Origin: Girardia tigrina
Lineage: Eukaryota
Length of the DNA stretch: 55,118 nucleotides
Assembly: GCA_001938485.1 (NCBI GenBank)
Contig: MQRK01137262.1
Location: 1-55,118 of the forward strand
Direction: 5' to 3'
This document shows positions 23,101 to 36,500 of the stretch, piece after piece. Made by a program: the position numbers and the translations under genes. How positions within the stretch are numbered: the first letter of the stretch is position 1; each line of letters begins with the position of its first letter. The notes under the pieces were generated by a model, which made no database searches, was not told where the DNA came from, and worked only from the letters and a program-made list of their open reading frames with translations.

Positions 23101-26100
23101 GTATATCATATATGTTTCTGAGATTTCTTTGACTATATTATAAGAGGTTAGTTTCAGATTTCAGTTAAAAAATGAATTTTAAACCCGACTTACCATAATT
23201 ATACACACAGTTAATAAATTTTGGACGTGAAAATTGGATTATATTTGGATGCATTATTACACTTATCATTTTCATTTATTTAAGTAAAATATTGGATTGT
23301 TGCATAAGTTCCCGCCGTTTTTTAAACATTTATTTTCAAAGAAATCAAATAATTTTAACAACCAAAATAATGACTCAGTTAATTATATATTTAATGAAAT
23401 CATAAAATTTTAACAGCAAAAATAATAACACTTCAATCAATTATGTACTCTCCTTCATTGTACACTACTTCTTCCCATCTTTCCACCAGTTTATTGATTC
23501 CATTTCGCCAGAAATCCTTAGGTCAAGTCTCGAAGTTGTTGAGCCAATTCTCAAGATGATCCTGATTTTCCTGATGATGATCCTGATCCATCATTTCATT
23601 TGAAAGACAGCGGAAGAGATGGTATTCCGTCGGGGCGAGGTCTGGGGAATAAAGAGGATGTTGAAGGACCTGCCAACCGAGCTCTTGGAGTGCCATCTTG
23701 ACAGTTTTTGCGGTGTGTGGTCGAGCATTGTCATGGAGGAGGATCACCTGGCCTTGTCGATCCGGTCTTTTTTGTTGAATTGCCTCATTGACTCTATGCA
23801 ATTGGGCTTTATAGAGATTCTTTTCTACTGTCATGTTCTTTCCAAGCATTTCCCAATGGATTAAACCTTCCCAATCCCACCATACACAAATCATTGTCTT
23901 CATCGGGTGTAGGTCTTTCTTGATCCTGGGCTTAGGCTTCTCTTCAAGACTCATCCACTTTTTTCTTTGCTTCATATTCACATAGAGACACCATTTCTCG
24001 TCTCCAGTGACGATTCTGTATAAGAAACGTTGCCTGTGGCCATTGGTTCCTTGGTGTCGAGCGAGATTTTGAGCAGCAATGAAAAGCCGCTTATCCTTCT
24101 GTTTTTGGGTGAGTTCGTGCGGGACCCAAGCTCCAAGCTTTTGAGTGAAACCCATCGACTGAAGATGGCGTGAAATTGTCGCAAAATCACAATTCATCTT
24201 TTCGGCCAATTCTCTGCATGTCTGGCGGCCATCTTCCTTCAAAAGATCCCCGAGTTGGTCCTCGTCCATCTCGACTGGTCTTCCGGAAGTAGGAGCGTCG
24301 TTGAGGTCGAAATTATCGTGTTTGAACCTGGCAAACCAATCCCCAGCAGTTCTCTCAGCTATAGCGTCCTCTCCATACACGGCACAAATATCTCTGGTAG
24401 CTTCACTCGCTTTTTGACCTCGATTAAAGGTGAAAAGAAGGAGGTGTCGAAAATGCGATTTTTTGTCGACTTGACAATCCATTTGACGGTTCTAAAAAAA
24501 GACAAAAAAATAATATAGGCAAAAACGATTACTTTAATCTTGTAATTACTTTAATTACTTTAACTTCGCCAAACATCAAAAAGTCTTTGTAGAACAAATA
24601 GTTTCATGTAACGACGGGAACTTATGCAACAATCCAATATAATAAAAAAACGAATTAAAAGTCATGCATATCTAAAGAACTTTTAGTAAAGGTACCTTTG
24701 CATTAACTGTTTAGTTTTGAAGAAATTTTGTATTAGGCATATTTTAACTGTTGTTAAAAATTTGTTAACTCTATCTATAACTATGATAAATTTGTGTATA
24801 TATACTTAAAGAAGAATTTGTATAAGTTTATAATTGTTGATGATGATGTAACTAATCGAGACATTTTAAATTAAAATATTTATTGATTATATCCAACTAG
24901 GGTGAACCCGTTTCGCCAGGTCTGGCGATTTTTTTTATTGACTAAATCCATTTTTATTAATATTTACATGATTATTTTAAAATCAATGTATGGCGGGGCA
25001 GATCCGAAATGATGATATTTCTATGTCGAGGCATTATGGATAGAATACTTCAAATCTGCCTCAGAATATTCCTATATCGAGGCAGTATGAAATCGCATCC
25101 CGGATTGCGACCGATTTTCCCCCGAATCCGTGTCAAAAAATATGTTGGGGCACGACGGAAATTATTTAATGAAAATAATTAAATTTGTTTTACTGAACAG
25201 CGGGAACTTCACAGACAGAAATCATAATTCTATTATAAAGATAATTAGCGATCAAAAACTCAATAAAATAAACATAAATTTAATAGAATAACATCTTCAA
25301 AGTAAATTATTATTCTATGTAACATCATTTGACGGTAGACTTGCAACGTTTTTATTCAAATATACCAAAAATCAGAGAAGAGACGAAATATCGCTATTAT
25401 TTTTGCTACAAAAATTCTTTTGTAGAAATTCCTTTTGGCATCATCAAAGTATTTTCAAGTTCTTTACCTTCAATTTATTCATTGAATTTCGAAATGAGAT
25501 GATTTCGAGTTGACATTTAACACATACCATTGAAAACGGGCTCTGTTTACTAAATTAATTTTAATTTACAATTTTCATGTTATTTAAATTAGATAAATAT
25601 TTATTATTGATAAATACTTTAGTTAAAGTCGTTTTTGAAGTTATAATTATATAATAAAACTATAATTTATTGATAACCAATGTTTGTCTTGCAAGAGTAG
25701 AACACCATCAAGGTTTATATTCACATTTCTGGTGGCATTTCTGCGAATCTATATTGATTAGGCACTTAAAATAAATACGATTGGATAAAAATGACAAAAA
25801 ATAGTTGGAGAAGTGTAAATTAAAGTTTTCAAATATTACAATATTATATGGAATTTATTATTTGATGAAAATTACTTAATACCCTTAACATGAAAAGATT
25901 TCTAATTTGAACCTCTCATTGAAAAATATTATCGAATTGATTTAATTAATTTTATTAGTTGGGTTTACGATTTTCTTAATAAAGATGGATTGGAGGTTTT
26001 ATTGGATTACATGTCGAAAGCTCTTGTTATATTTCTCAGGTTGGATTGTATTTATTAAATAAATTTTGTTTTTTTAGTATTTATTTGATAAAAAATATTT

Positions 26101-27551
26101 TAAATAAATTTTAATTTAATTTTTTATATAACAAATGTAGTTACAATTTCAACAGATTTCCTCTGACAGAGTCTGCAGAATTGTAAGTTGAATGATTAAA
26201 GAGTCAAATTGTTAAAGAATAAAAAGAAAAAAGGATGTTCTATAATAAACCGACTCATATTGAACTGTCATTAATTGATTTATTAGAATGTAAAACTAAT
26301 ATTAAAAAATTGAATAATTTAATTTTTAATTTTTAAAATTTATTTAATTTATCTGATTTTCATTAATTAAACTAAAAGTATTTATAAAAATTATTTTCAT
26401 TAAAATGTTTATTTTTTGTTATTTTTTTATTAATTAATTTGTTTTTAATCATTATTTTTATAATTTAGATTAATTATTTAATTATATATCGGGCTCTGTT
26501 TATTATTACTTGCATTAAAATTATTTACAATAAACTTTAATTTTTCTATAAAATAATCTTTAAATTTCGAAAAAAAGTTAAGAATTATAGTATTTCTTTC
26601 ATTAAATGATGTTTTTTATATTAATTAGAAACACTATTTTTCATCATCAGTAAAGAGTCTCTATTAAAACTACTTGAACTTGAGCACCTGACTAAAACTT
26701 TAGTAATATTAGCCAGTAATAAATATGTTAATGTTAAGGTGGTCAAAGAATTTTGACAAAGAAATATTGCCAATTTAGTATTTTTTTCAAAATTAACAAA
26801 AAAAATCGTTGTCTTTTGATACATTATGGCCAAAACCAAAATTCATAAAAAAATGAAATTTCTGTATAATTGTAAAAAAAATTATTTAGTAACCAAAATA
26901 AATAAAAATCTCTCAAATATCTGTCTTTAAAGTTCAAAGAACGTTCAGCCAGCTCCACACTGGCATACATTGTGTTTTGTCGTGGTTCTGCTATTATCGT
27001 AATTCTAAAATGTTCTTCAAAATCTTCTGAAAACATTTGAAATGATTGTCGTTTTTATAGCTGTTTATTATTATCTTCTGATTTGCTCGTTATGGGTGCT
27101 CACAATGTATGGCCAATGTGTATTCTGGTCTGTAATTCTCGGGTGTGCCACGCGGTTCTTATGATATTCATAATGATATTCATAAATATCCATATGATAT
27201 TCATAAAAGCTTTCCATGTATGGATCTTATACATTTTGACAGACCAATAATCGTTTTCCAATCGAAAAATGGTTTATATTTTAAAGAAAGATCATTAAAT
27301 TATCAATAATGTTTAATGTGACATCTTACTAAGATTGTCAAATCATATTAATAATGGCACTCCATCTTGCAAGGGCCTATATGTTGGGTTATATCACCAA
27401 TTACAAGAAAATTAATAAACTGCAATTATTGACCATTATTTTATTAATTTTGTAATGTTCGAAAATTCTTTACATTCTCCTAACAAAACCTTCCTAAAAT
27501 TCTTCACACAATCCTTTTTTTTATCCAAGATAATTGTTATGATACCTATGA

Positions 27552-27598
<47 letters not shown>

Positions 27599-30500
27599 TA
27601 TATTTATATATAAAATATCTTACTGATTATAAACCGTACAATAATACCTTATAATTATATTTTTGAATAAGAATATAGTATAGAAATCTTATCAAAGATT
27701 TTATTTCTGAAAATTTAGTTTAAAAAGTTGTTGTAATTCCTATGAACAATAGTTTCGAGTCAAAGACCAAAAGTTAGGAGAGATCAAGTATCACAAGTAA
27801 TTTTAAGAAGCAGAAAATTGAATCACGCATTTGGTTAGTTACTTGTAAATTTATTTCATGTCGATTGTCATTTGTTTCAAGTCCCGACACTGTCATTTTT
27901 CGCGACTCCCAGAATCATTCATGACCCACGGTTTAAAAGAGCTCAAATCCATCTCTTAATTAACTTAATACTCTTTCTTAATTTGAGCATTGAGAATGTT
28001 GACCCTCCACAAAATCTTACATATTTTCTCCCTTGTATCAAATATTTTGTTTATTTCCAAATATATGTAGAATTTCGATTATTATCTCTATTTTTGATAT
28101 TTGATTATTTCAATAATTTATTTATTATGTCATCTTTTTATTGTTTGTCAAATGAATTTGAATACCGATTGTTATTACACAACCATTTAAAAATTTTTAT
28201 TTTATAAGTTTTATTTTTAAGTACGCTAGGATGAATAATTTTTTTATCGCCTTTCTTAAAGCGTTCGGTGTTCTGTACATCCGTGTGCCTGAATTTCTCA
28301 TATTCATTTGAGTATCTTGATTTATATTCTATTAAAACCTAAGAATTTAAATATAATTTTGGTTAACTTTAAGAAAGAACAATAATTATTTCATATTAAG
28401 TCGTCCATGAATCGAAATGTCAATTTTTTTTCTTTATTAAAATTAAAGCAACGTTATTACTTCTTTCAAATGATAATCGTCTCCCCTTATGAACTTCAGG
28501 AAATTGACTTGGAAGATCAAAAATTAAAAAACCTTTAAGTACCCATGATTGTACTTCTTTCGAAGATCATGGTATTAGCATACTTTTGGATCATTGTTGT
28601 TAAGTTCGTGGTTGTGTTTTGTAAAAACTCAGACGAAGACATTTTTGAAACTTTTATTTAATAACAATAATATAAATAATATTTAACCAAGTTTTGTTTA
28701 AGTAAATTTCTAAGGAACACTTTTTCATTTTTCTTGCACAAACCAATAATACCAAAATAAATTCTAAATATGAATATATAGTTTAATTAAATGTAAATTT
28801 TATTATATTTTAAATTTTGTATTTTGTATTTTTAAAAACTATAATAATTTATTGAAACATCTTTTTGAATATATTTTTTATATTTTTAATTTAACGTAAC
28901 TTAATACCTTATTTTGTATTTTAAATATTGTATTAATTTTTAAAAAAGTTGTTTAGGTAGATTTTAAGTCAAAAATTTAGAAGTTTCCCAACATCCTCAA
29001 AATTTGTATTTACTTTATCTATGAAAAATTGATTTTAATTAATATACCTAACATTTAATAAATAATTGATTATTGTTATTCGTTAACCTTTTCCTGCCAG
29101 ACTGAGAATTTAAATAGTTATTTAATTTCAAAATTTATTTCCTTATAATTATTGATTTTGGTATAATTTTGTATTTTAATCATATCAAATTATGTATTCT
29201 AAATACATTTTCTATTAGTGTCTTAGAGGGAGACCTTGACAATTCACGTTACAGAAACCACTTGGCAGTAATAGGGTTATATATCGTCTGTATAACTAAA
29301 TAATACAGCATCGGAATTTACGCCGCTTATTTTCATTCCACTTCCAGAAACTAAAATTTATTCTTTATTTAAATTTATTTTATCATTCATAATTTTTAAA
29401 ATTCTTTCCTAATTTAGGAACTACTTATTTAGATAATAAATTGAATCATAAATATAATTTCTAAATTTAATATTAATGACAATTTTATCAAATGAACATT
29501 TTTTTTCTCTATTACCCTCAGGATGATTTAATATATAATTAGAACTTAAGAAAACCTAATATTTTCATTACTACTTATTTATTAAACGAAAGGTCGTTAA
29601 AAGATTCTTAAGTCTTCGACGAACCCTTCGATCTTCCATCTTTCCAGATCATATGAGTTGGTTGACCATAGAACATCTGAAATTTATTTTATTTATATGT
29701 GAATCTTCACATATTTTTAATTGCATTATTTGATTACTTATTTCACTGAAATACAATTTATGCCAAATTGTTGATTATAATGAATATTTATGTTATCACA
29801 AGATTCTATGCATAATTCAATCCATATTATAATATACTATTAATAATCATTTAAGGATTAGGTAAACTTATTGTTTACTATTAAAACTGGATCAGATTGA
29901 AGCCAACCATCGAGAATACAGTTGTGTAGCCAAAGAACATTATTCAAATTATAGGCGATAAAACATATATTACATCAATGAAGAAATACCTGATCGGAAA
30001 AATGTCACAAACAATTAAAAGATACTGATCTGATGACAATTCGAATTATGGTTTCTTTATTATTTTAGAGAAATGACACGAAGAAATAGAAAAAAAAGTT
30101 TAATTAAAAGTTAAGAAGAAAAGAATCCGCAAAATAGATACAAAAAGTTAACCAACAGAATATCATTAAGGTGACTGTCAATGAGCTGACAGCACAACTT
30201 GTTCTTACAAAACTTCATTTTTGGAGAGCAAGTGCTTGCACGAATAAGTATTGCCAAACATGGTGATACCACGCTTCTCTTTCATACAAGCACCTGACAA
30301 CTTGAGCAGCAGCCAGTCGTAATGAGAGTGGTAACGAAACTGCGACAATTCAATTAAGCTGGACCCAACAATAAATAATTTAGGGGGAATAGGTCTCACT
30401 GGAATATTAGTTAGACCGGAGTTGGCCAACTTCTGGTTTAGATTAATAACATACATGATTATTAAATACTTCGGAAATAAAATCTGCTATTTCGTGGAGT

Positions 30501-33500
30501 TTAAATTTAGCAAACTGAATTGATTACCGAATGTTTTTTGTTATTTGCTATTTAATCATAAATAATCAATACAAAAGTAAAAAAAATTTCATCAGAAATA
30601 GAAACTACGATTGCTGGAAAGTGCTGCAACTGATAATTTGGAATCTAAATTTAGGGTTTAATATTAATGAATGGGATCCCATTATACTTGTTATATTGAA
30701 AAGCTCTAGAATTGTCCAAGAGACGTGCAAATGAGCAAGAGACTACTTACGCTAAAGATGGTTTAAATATATTAACAAAATTGATAATATTAACGAAACA
30801 AAATACATTTAAGAAGATCCATGGCGTAATTGTCCAAAAACAAATTTTATAATAAAATTGTGATAAAAGAATAAAAATGAAACATTCTTACATGTTGAAT
30901 ATTATAACATCATACATTACTGCCACTACATTTAATGCCACATAAGTAAATATGATTAAAAAGAGAAATGTTGATCAAGGAAGAATAAACACTCTTAATG
31001 ATGAAATAATCATAATTGGGGAATTAAATTATACTAAATAAGTATTACTTTATAGGTTGACATTAGCCGTTAAATTTATGGATTCAGTTATGTATTAGGT
31101 CAGTTAAAATTATAATTCTACAATATGCTTTATTTCATATCATTCTAAATTATTTTTTTGCCTAAAAAAACATTTTCTCTTTAACAAATCTTATAGACAA
31201 TCTGATTCCGGATCTCGGCGATCTTCATTTGATCGGCTCAAGACAAAAAACGCCCGAAACCAAAAATCGACTTCAGTGAAACGTAAGACGAGCTTTCTGT
31301 CTCGACTCAACCGCACAAGTGACTCGATCAATGAGTTCGTGAAGAAGAGCTTGCACCAAGGTCTCAAATGCATGAGAGCTATTTTAAATAACCAAGTGAG
31401 ATTGTAAAAATTATTTTTCAATATTATTAAAAAATTTATATTTTGTTATTTTAAGAATGATTCATTATTTTTCTTTAAAAATTCTTGTTAATTTTCTATC
31501 ACATATCCGCAGTTAGTGATAACAGTTTTACGAAATTTCATGAACCAATGCAACATTGATGTGGGAAAAATAATTCTTTAGTTCTGTATAAAATATCAGT
31601 TATTATTACATGGAATCGGCATTATTTTTAATGTCCTTTTAACACCTTTTATTGTCTCTATTGTTATACTACATTGAGAAGAAGATTGATTTCTTTATCA
31701 ACAATTTCAAAGTTTATGTACCAGACCGTTGATCAGATTTCTTTTAAATACGGTTATATATTAATAATTAGATACTGCACAAATTGATGTCTGTTTCTGT
31801 AAATCTAGGGGTCGGAAATTGGGTCTATAAAGACCCCATGGTTTCTAAAAACATTTTATGTATCTGAGAAAAGAAATTTAATTTATATTAATCTTGGTTT
31901 CGTATCGACGATACCTTGTTTTGTCTGACCAGTTGAACTTGTCAGAAATTGATAGAAAACAAATATAATATTGATAGACATCTTTAAATTCAAAGTAGTA
32001 CCTAAAATTTCTATTTTTCATTTCAATTTCATAAATATCTAATTATTTATATTTTCTGTGAATTTTTCTAACTTTGAACGCGCTTATGTTTGTGTTATAT
32101 ATTTTCATATAGATAATGATAAATTTGTTGGTTTGGTTTAATGATTTTACGTATAATAAAAATATATTAACAATAATATATTAATAAAAAATAAATTCAA
32201 TTTTGATAGGTGGTCTTTTAAAATTTTAAAACATCCCAAATGGGTCTTTTGGTTAAAGTTTACCGAATATTTACACGGGGTAGGTAAGTCTCGTGCAAGT
32301 ATCAGAATTGCTGTACCCCATGAAAAAGGGTATTTTCATGGACAAAATAACTAATTAAACAAGGCAATAATAGATTTTATTAAAAACTAACAAGAGATTC
32401 CGATTTGATCTTCCGTGTCCAAAATGAAGTAAAACTTATAAATAAGTTGTTCAAAAACTATTCTTTTAAATTCTAAATGTTGAGAAAGGCATGAATGTTG
32501 AACCATCTTCGTCTCAGGAGATTTATCATAAAGGGTGGGCAAAAGTAACTACACAATTTATTTAACCTATAGTTTCTTTTCCTTTTATTAAATTTAACAA
32601 ACAATAAAACAAAAATAAACTTTAAAAGTTATATTTTATTAATTTATCTTTTAAAGATTACATTATTTAGGTGTTTTCCATTTCCCGATTGACAAATTCT
32701 ACCTCTTTCTATGGCAGTTTCCATTACCCTGTTTAAAACTGATGGCTTAATCGATCTTATTTCCTCGGTTATAATTTTCTTTAGATCTGATATTGAACTT
32801 GGGTTTCTTTTGTATACACTCTTTTAGATAATCCCATAAGAAGAAATCAGGTGCGTTAAGATCTGGAGATCTTGGAGGCCACTCAATGTTACCACGTCTT
32901 GAAATAATTCTGTCATCAAAATTATCTCTTAGCAAATTCATAGTCTCATTTGCAGTGTGACATGTGGCCCCGTCCTGTTGGAACCACATATCCGATTTAT
33001 TTTCGATGAATGGTAAAACAATCTCTCTGATCATTTGACGATATTTTATTCCATTCACATTGATTTGGTGACCATCAGTATCTTCGAAAAATAAGGCCCA
33101 ATTATTGCTTCAGAAGTAATACCGCACCACACTGTGCATTTTTGGGATTTGAAGTTCGTTCAATAATCTCCATGGGATTTTCTGAACCCCAGAACCTCCA
33201 ATTTTGCTTATTTATATACCCGTCCATCCAAAAGTGAGCCTCATCAGTCATTATCATTTTGTCAATAAAATCTGTAATTTCGACCACCATTTGCAGAATT
33301 CTGACAGAATAATGAACTCGTTTCTGAATAAATAAATATTCTTTGCTCCGTTGTGTATCTTGGCATGATAAAATGGAATTAAATAATTTTCAAAATTTTA
33401 AACAAAAGTAAACCTGAAAAAAATTTAAACAGAATAAATTGTGTAGTTACTGTTGGCCCACCCTTTATAAAGCATACTATTCAGTTCGCTCAAAGACCTC

Positions 33501-36500
33501 TCGTAGTGACCTAAAATTTTCACCCATAACTCGTACCCTTCTATTATCACATACCAAAACGAAAATTTATAATTAATTTTAAAATACATTACTCATTGAA
33601 TGGCAAAAAAACATCATAAATATAAAGTTGTAATCGATAAATCTATTTTATTGTGTATTGCCTGTATTTTTGATCAATATGAATGAGTATTCTGATCGAA
33701 AGGTGTATGGATGGATCTTCTTTGTTCAGAATCGAATATTTTAATTATCAGTTTGATAATTTAATTATTAAATAATGTTTTTAAAAATACATTTTTTTCA
33801 TTTAAATTTAACAAATAAACGTTATAACTTGGTTTAATATTAAATTTAATACAAAGCGTTAAAAAATAAATCAATAATTATTTTGCTTAAATAATAGTTA
33901 TTTTTTAAAATGAGTAAAAGTGACAGTTTTTGATCACGCTCAAATTTTGAGCACATTTCAATTTTGAAAATCACACACCTTCTGATATTCTTTATTTTTC
34001 AACTAAATCTTCTCTTGTTGTTATACCAAGTACGTTTTATTATTGCTATACACTATGATCCTAAGCTATAAAAACACATGATTATTGATATATATTTTGT
34101 TATTTTCTATAATATAAACTCATTAAAACCCGGACCTTTTATTGTCCTTGATTATTAAAAAAAAACTATGTAAAGTGATAAAAAATAAAATATACAGACT
34201 GCATTGTAATAAAAATTCTTCAATTAAACAATTTTTTTTTAAAATTGCATATTGTGAATGTGTAGAAATAAAAATTGATAGAAAATAAAAAAATATTCAT
34301 AACTATTTTTAATAATATATCGAACAAATATGTATCCTAATTAGATCAATGTCTGTTTAATATATGCTTTCTTCATTTATCGGAACATTCTTGTGTATAG
34401 TAATGTGAATAGTGCATTTTAAGAGGGAGATGTTGTTGAACAACGGTATAACGAAACTCTGTTTTCAGGAACATGATTTCGATCTCCATGCCTAATGTTA
34501 ATATTAAATACAACAGCAAAGGGAAGGTGTTTGGTTTGGCCTTCGGATTCCCAAGTTAACAGTAACAATGATAAAATAGCAAACAAGCAAATAACAACTA
34601 AAGATAAACACTCAGTAAAACAAGTAGGAAACAATAAACAGAGGAAAATTCATAACAAGGAATTTATTAACTCAATCAGTTTAGAAACATTAAATCATTC
34701 GAAGTCTGGTTTAACGAATTTCCTGTGGATCGCGATAATGATCGCTAAACTGATTTTCAACTGTATTAATAACTTTTTTCTTGTAGTTCAAGAAAAAAAG
34801 AAATATGGAAAGATCAAAATTTGTTGAATATTTTGCAGCCGCCGATTCGAGCACATCTCGATATTTATATATTTTTGTATTATAAACGGCCTGTTGCTCA
34901 TTATTGACATTACAATAGCTAAATGATGACTAATAGTATTATAGAAATATGCTTTAAGAATATAAACCTGCAGAAACAAATTTGTCTAAAATATCAGTTA
35001 CATTTTACAAAAATTTATACATAATTCAAAATAAATCTAAAGTAAATAATGGTAAAATGAACAAGAATATCTTTAATGGTGTTTCTAATCATTGAATCTT
35101 ACTTATTTAAGAAGATGTGGAATTTGATTGAAATGAATTAACATGTGATCTTATTTTTAATCAAGCTTTATTAATCTGGATCATTAATTTTTTTTTGTAA
35201 TGAGACTTATGCATCAGATTTGTTATTATTTATATCGATGTTACTTAGGTTATATGGGTTACTGTACTTGACACAGTATTAATCATATCTTAATGAACAA
35301 TGATACACCTGGGTTTGTTTTTATGCGGCAGAAATGATCCGAGAAAACCGGATACAAAAACATCTGAAAAGAGTTTTGAAGACAAAACTTTTTTCTTTAT
35401 TTTCATTAACTATTTAATTTTCATAATTTCAAAATGACATTCAAAGAATCCCCATAAAAGACCCGTGTATATATTAAATTTGTACTTCAATATTCTAATC
35501 CAAATCTATGAACATAAGTTTCTTCATTATCCTTTATTTTCCTTTCAAGTGATAAATATCATATAAAATGGATAATTCAATTAAATAAAACAACTTTACT
35601 AAAATAATATTTGGTAACAAAAAGGTTTTAATAAAATTTCACAAAATACGTTTATTTTAATTTTATATAATATTTTCGTTTTTTACACAATATTCAATCA
35701 AAAAATGAACCTTTATTGTCTGAATCTTATTCTATGAATACTTGTAAAAATTAATTTAACTGATTAATATGAGTAAAGGATTAACTTTTACTTATAATAA
35801 ATGGAAAAATATTATTCGACTCTCTTAATTTTTATCTATTGAAAAAGTTACACAGTCTTTAATTTTGAAAAGTGTTTTTGTGGTCATCAGCACTGTCTCT
35901 ACTTTATAAAATGTTTTTTATAAGTTTGTATTATACAATGTAAAACGATTTGAAAGTTTTTTTTACAAAAAATAACCAGTGATCAATTTTTAAGCAAAAC
36001 TTTTGAGTTTTAAATGATTCAATTTATCGGGAGGAATTAACCGTATACACAAGAATGATTCTGTCTTTGTGTTATTTCAATTAATTGATTTTATTATTCA
36101 TAATATTTATTATTTCTATGTCAGTTATTATCTGTTTTATTTATTTCACAGTTAAAATATTATGATTATTTGTACAATATTTTAAAAATATTTTTGAGAA
36201 AGTTTTTTATGATTAACATTCTAGTTTGAATTCCTCAATACGAAGGACAGACTCTAAATCTTTTGAAAAACCTAAATTTTTCTTTTGTTAAAATATTGAA
36301 CACCGTTTTTCAAAATTTATTTTCATTAATTTAAATTTTGAAAAATTGCGTCCAATCTTTTTTAATAATTACCAATTGCCTTTATTTTTTAATTTTCTTT
36401 TATTATTTACTGAAAAATGTATCCATATTTTTGATCGAATTTCAAAAATAAACGTTCAAATAATAAAATAAAAAAATAAAAACCACATCCAGAAATTTAA

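Noticed and set aside
26900-27540. Possible Ginger/Gypsy integrase remnant on the minus strand
   Set aside because: Only scattered weak motif resemblance; too decayed to support.
28626-28652. Hammerhead-like CAGACGA...GAAAC (also antisense at ~1706-1732)
   Set aside because: Both copies have CAGA rather than CUGA and there are no convincing stems. It is better explained as the antisense of the LTR leader ORF start.
31191-31421. Minus-strand 76-aa ORF
   Set aside because: Antisense of FMNL exon 5.
34419-34980. Polypurine tract + TGTTG suggesting a 3' LTR start, and ORFs 34419/34495/34788
   Set aside because: No partner LTR, LTR end or recognisable domain was found in the window.
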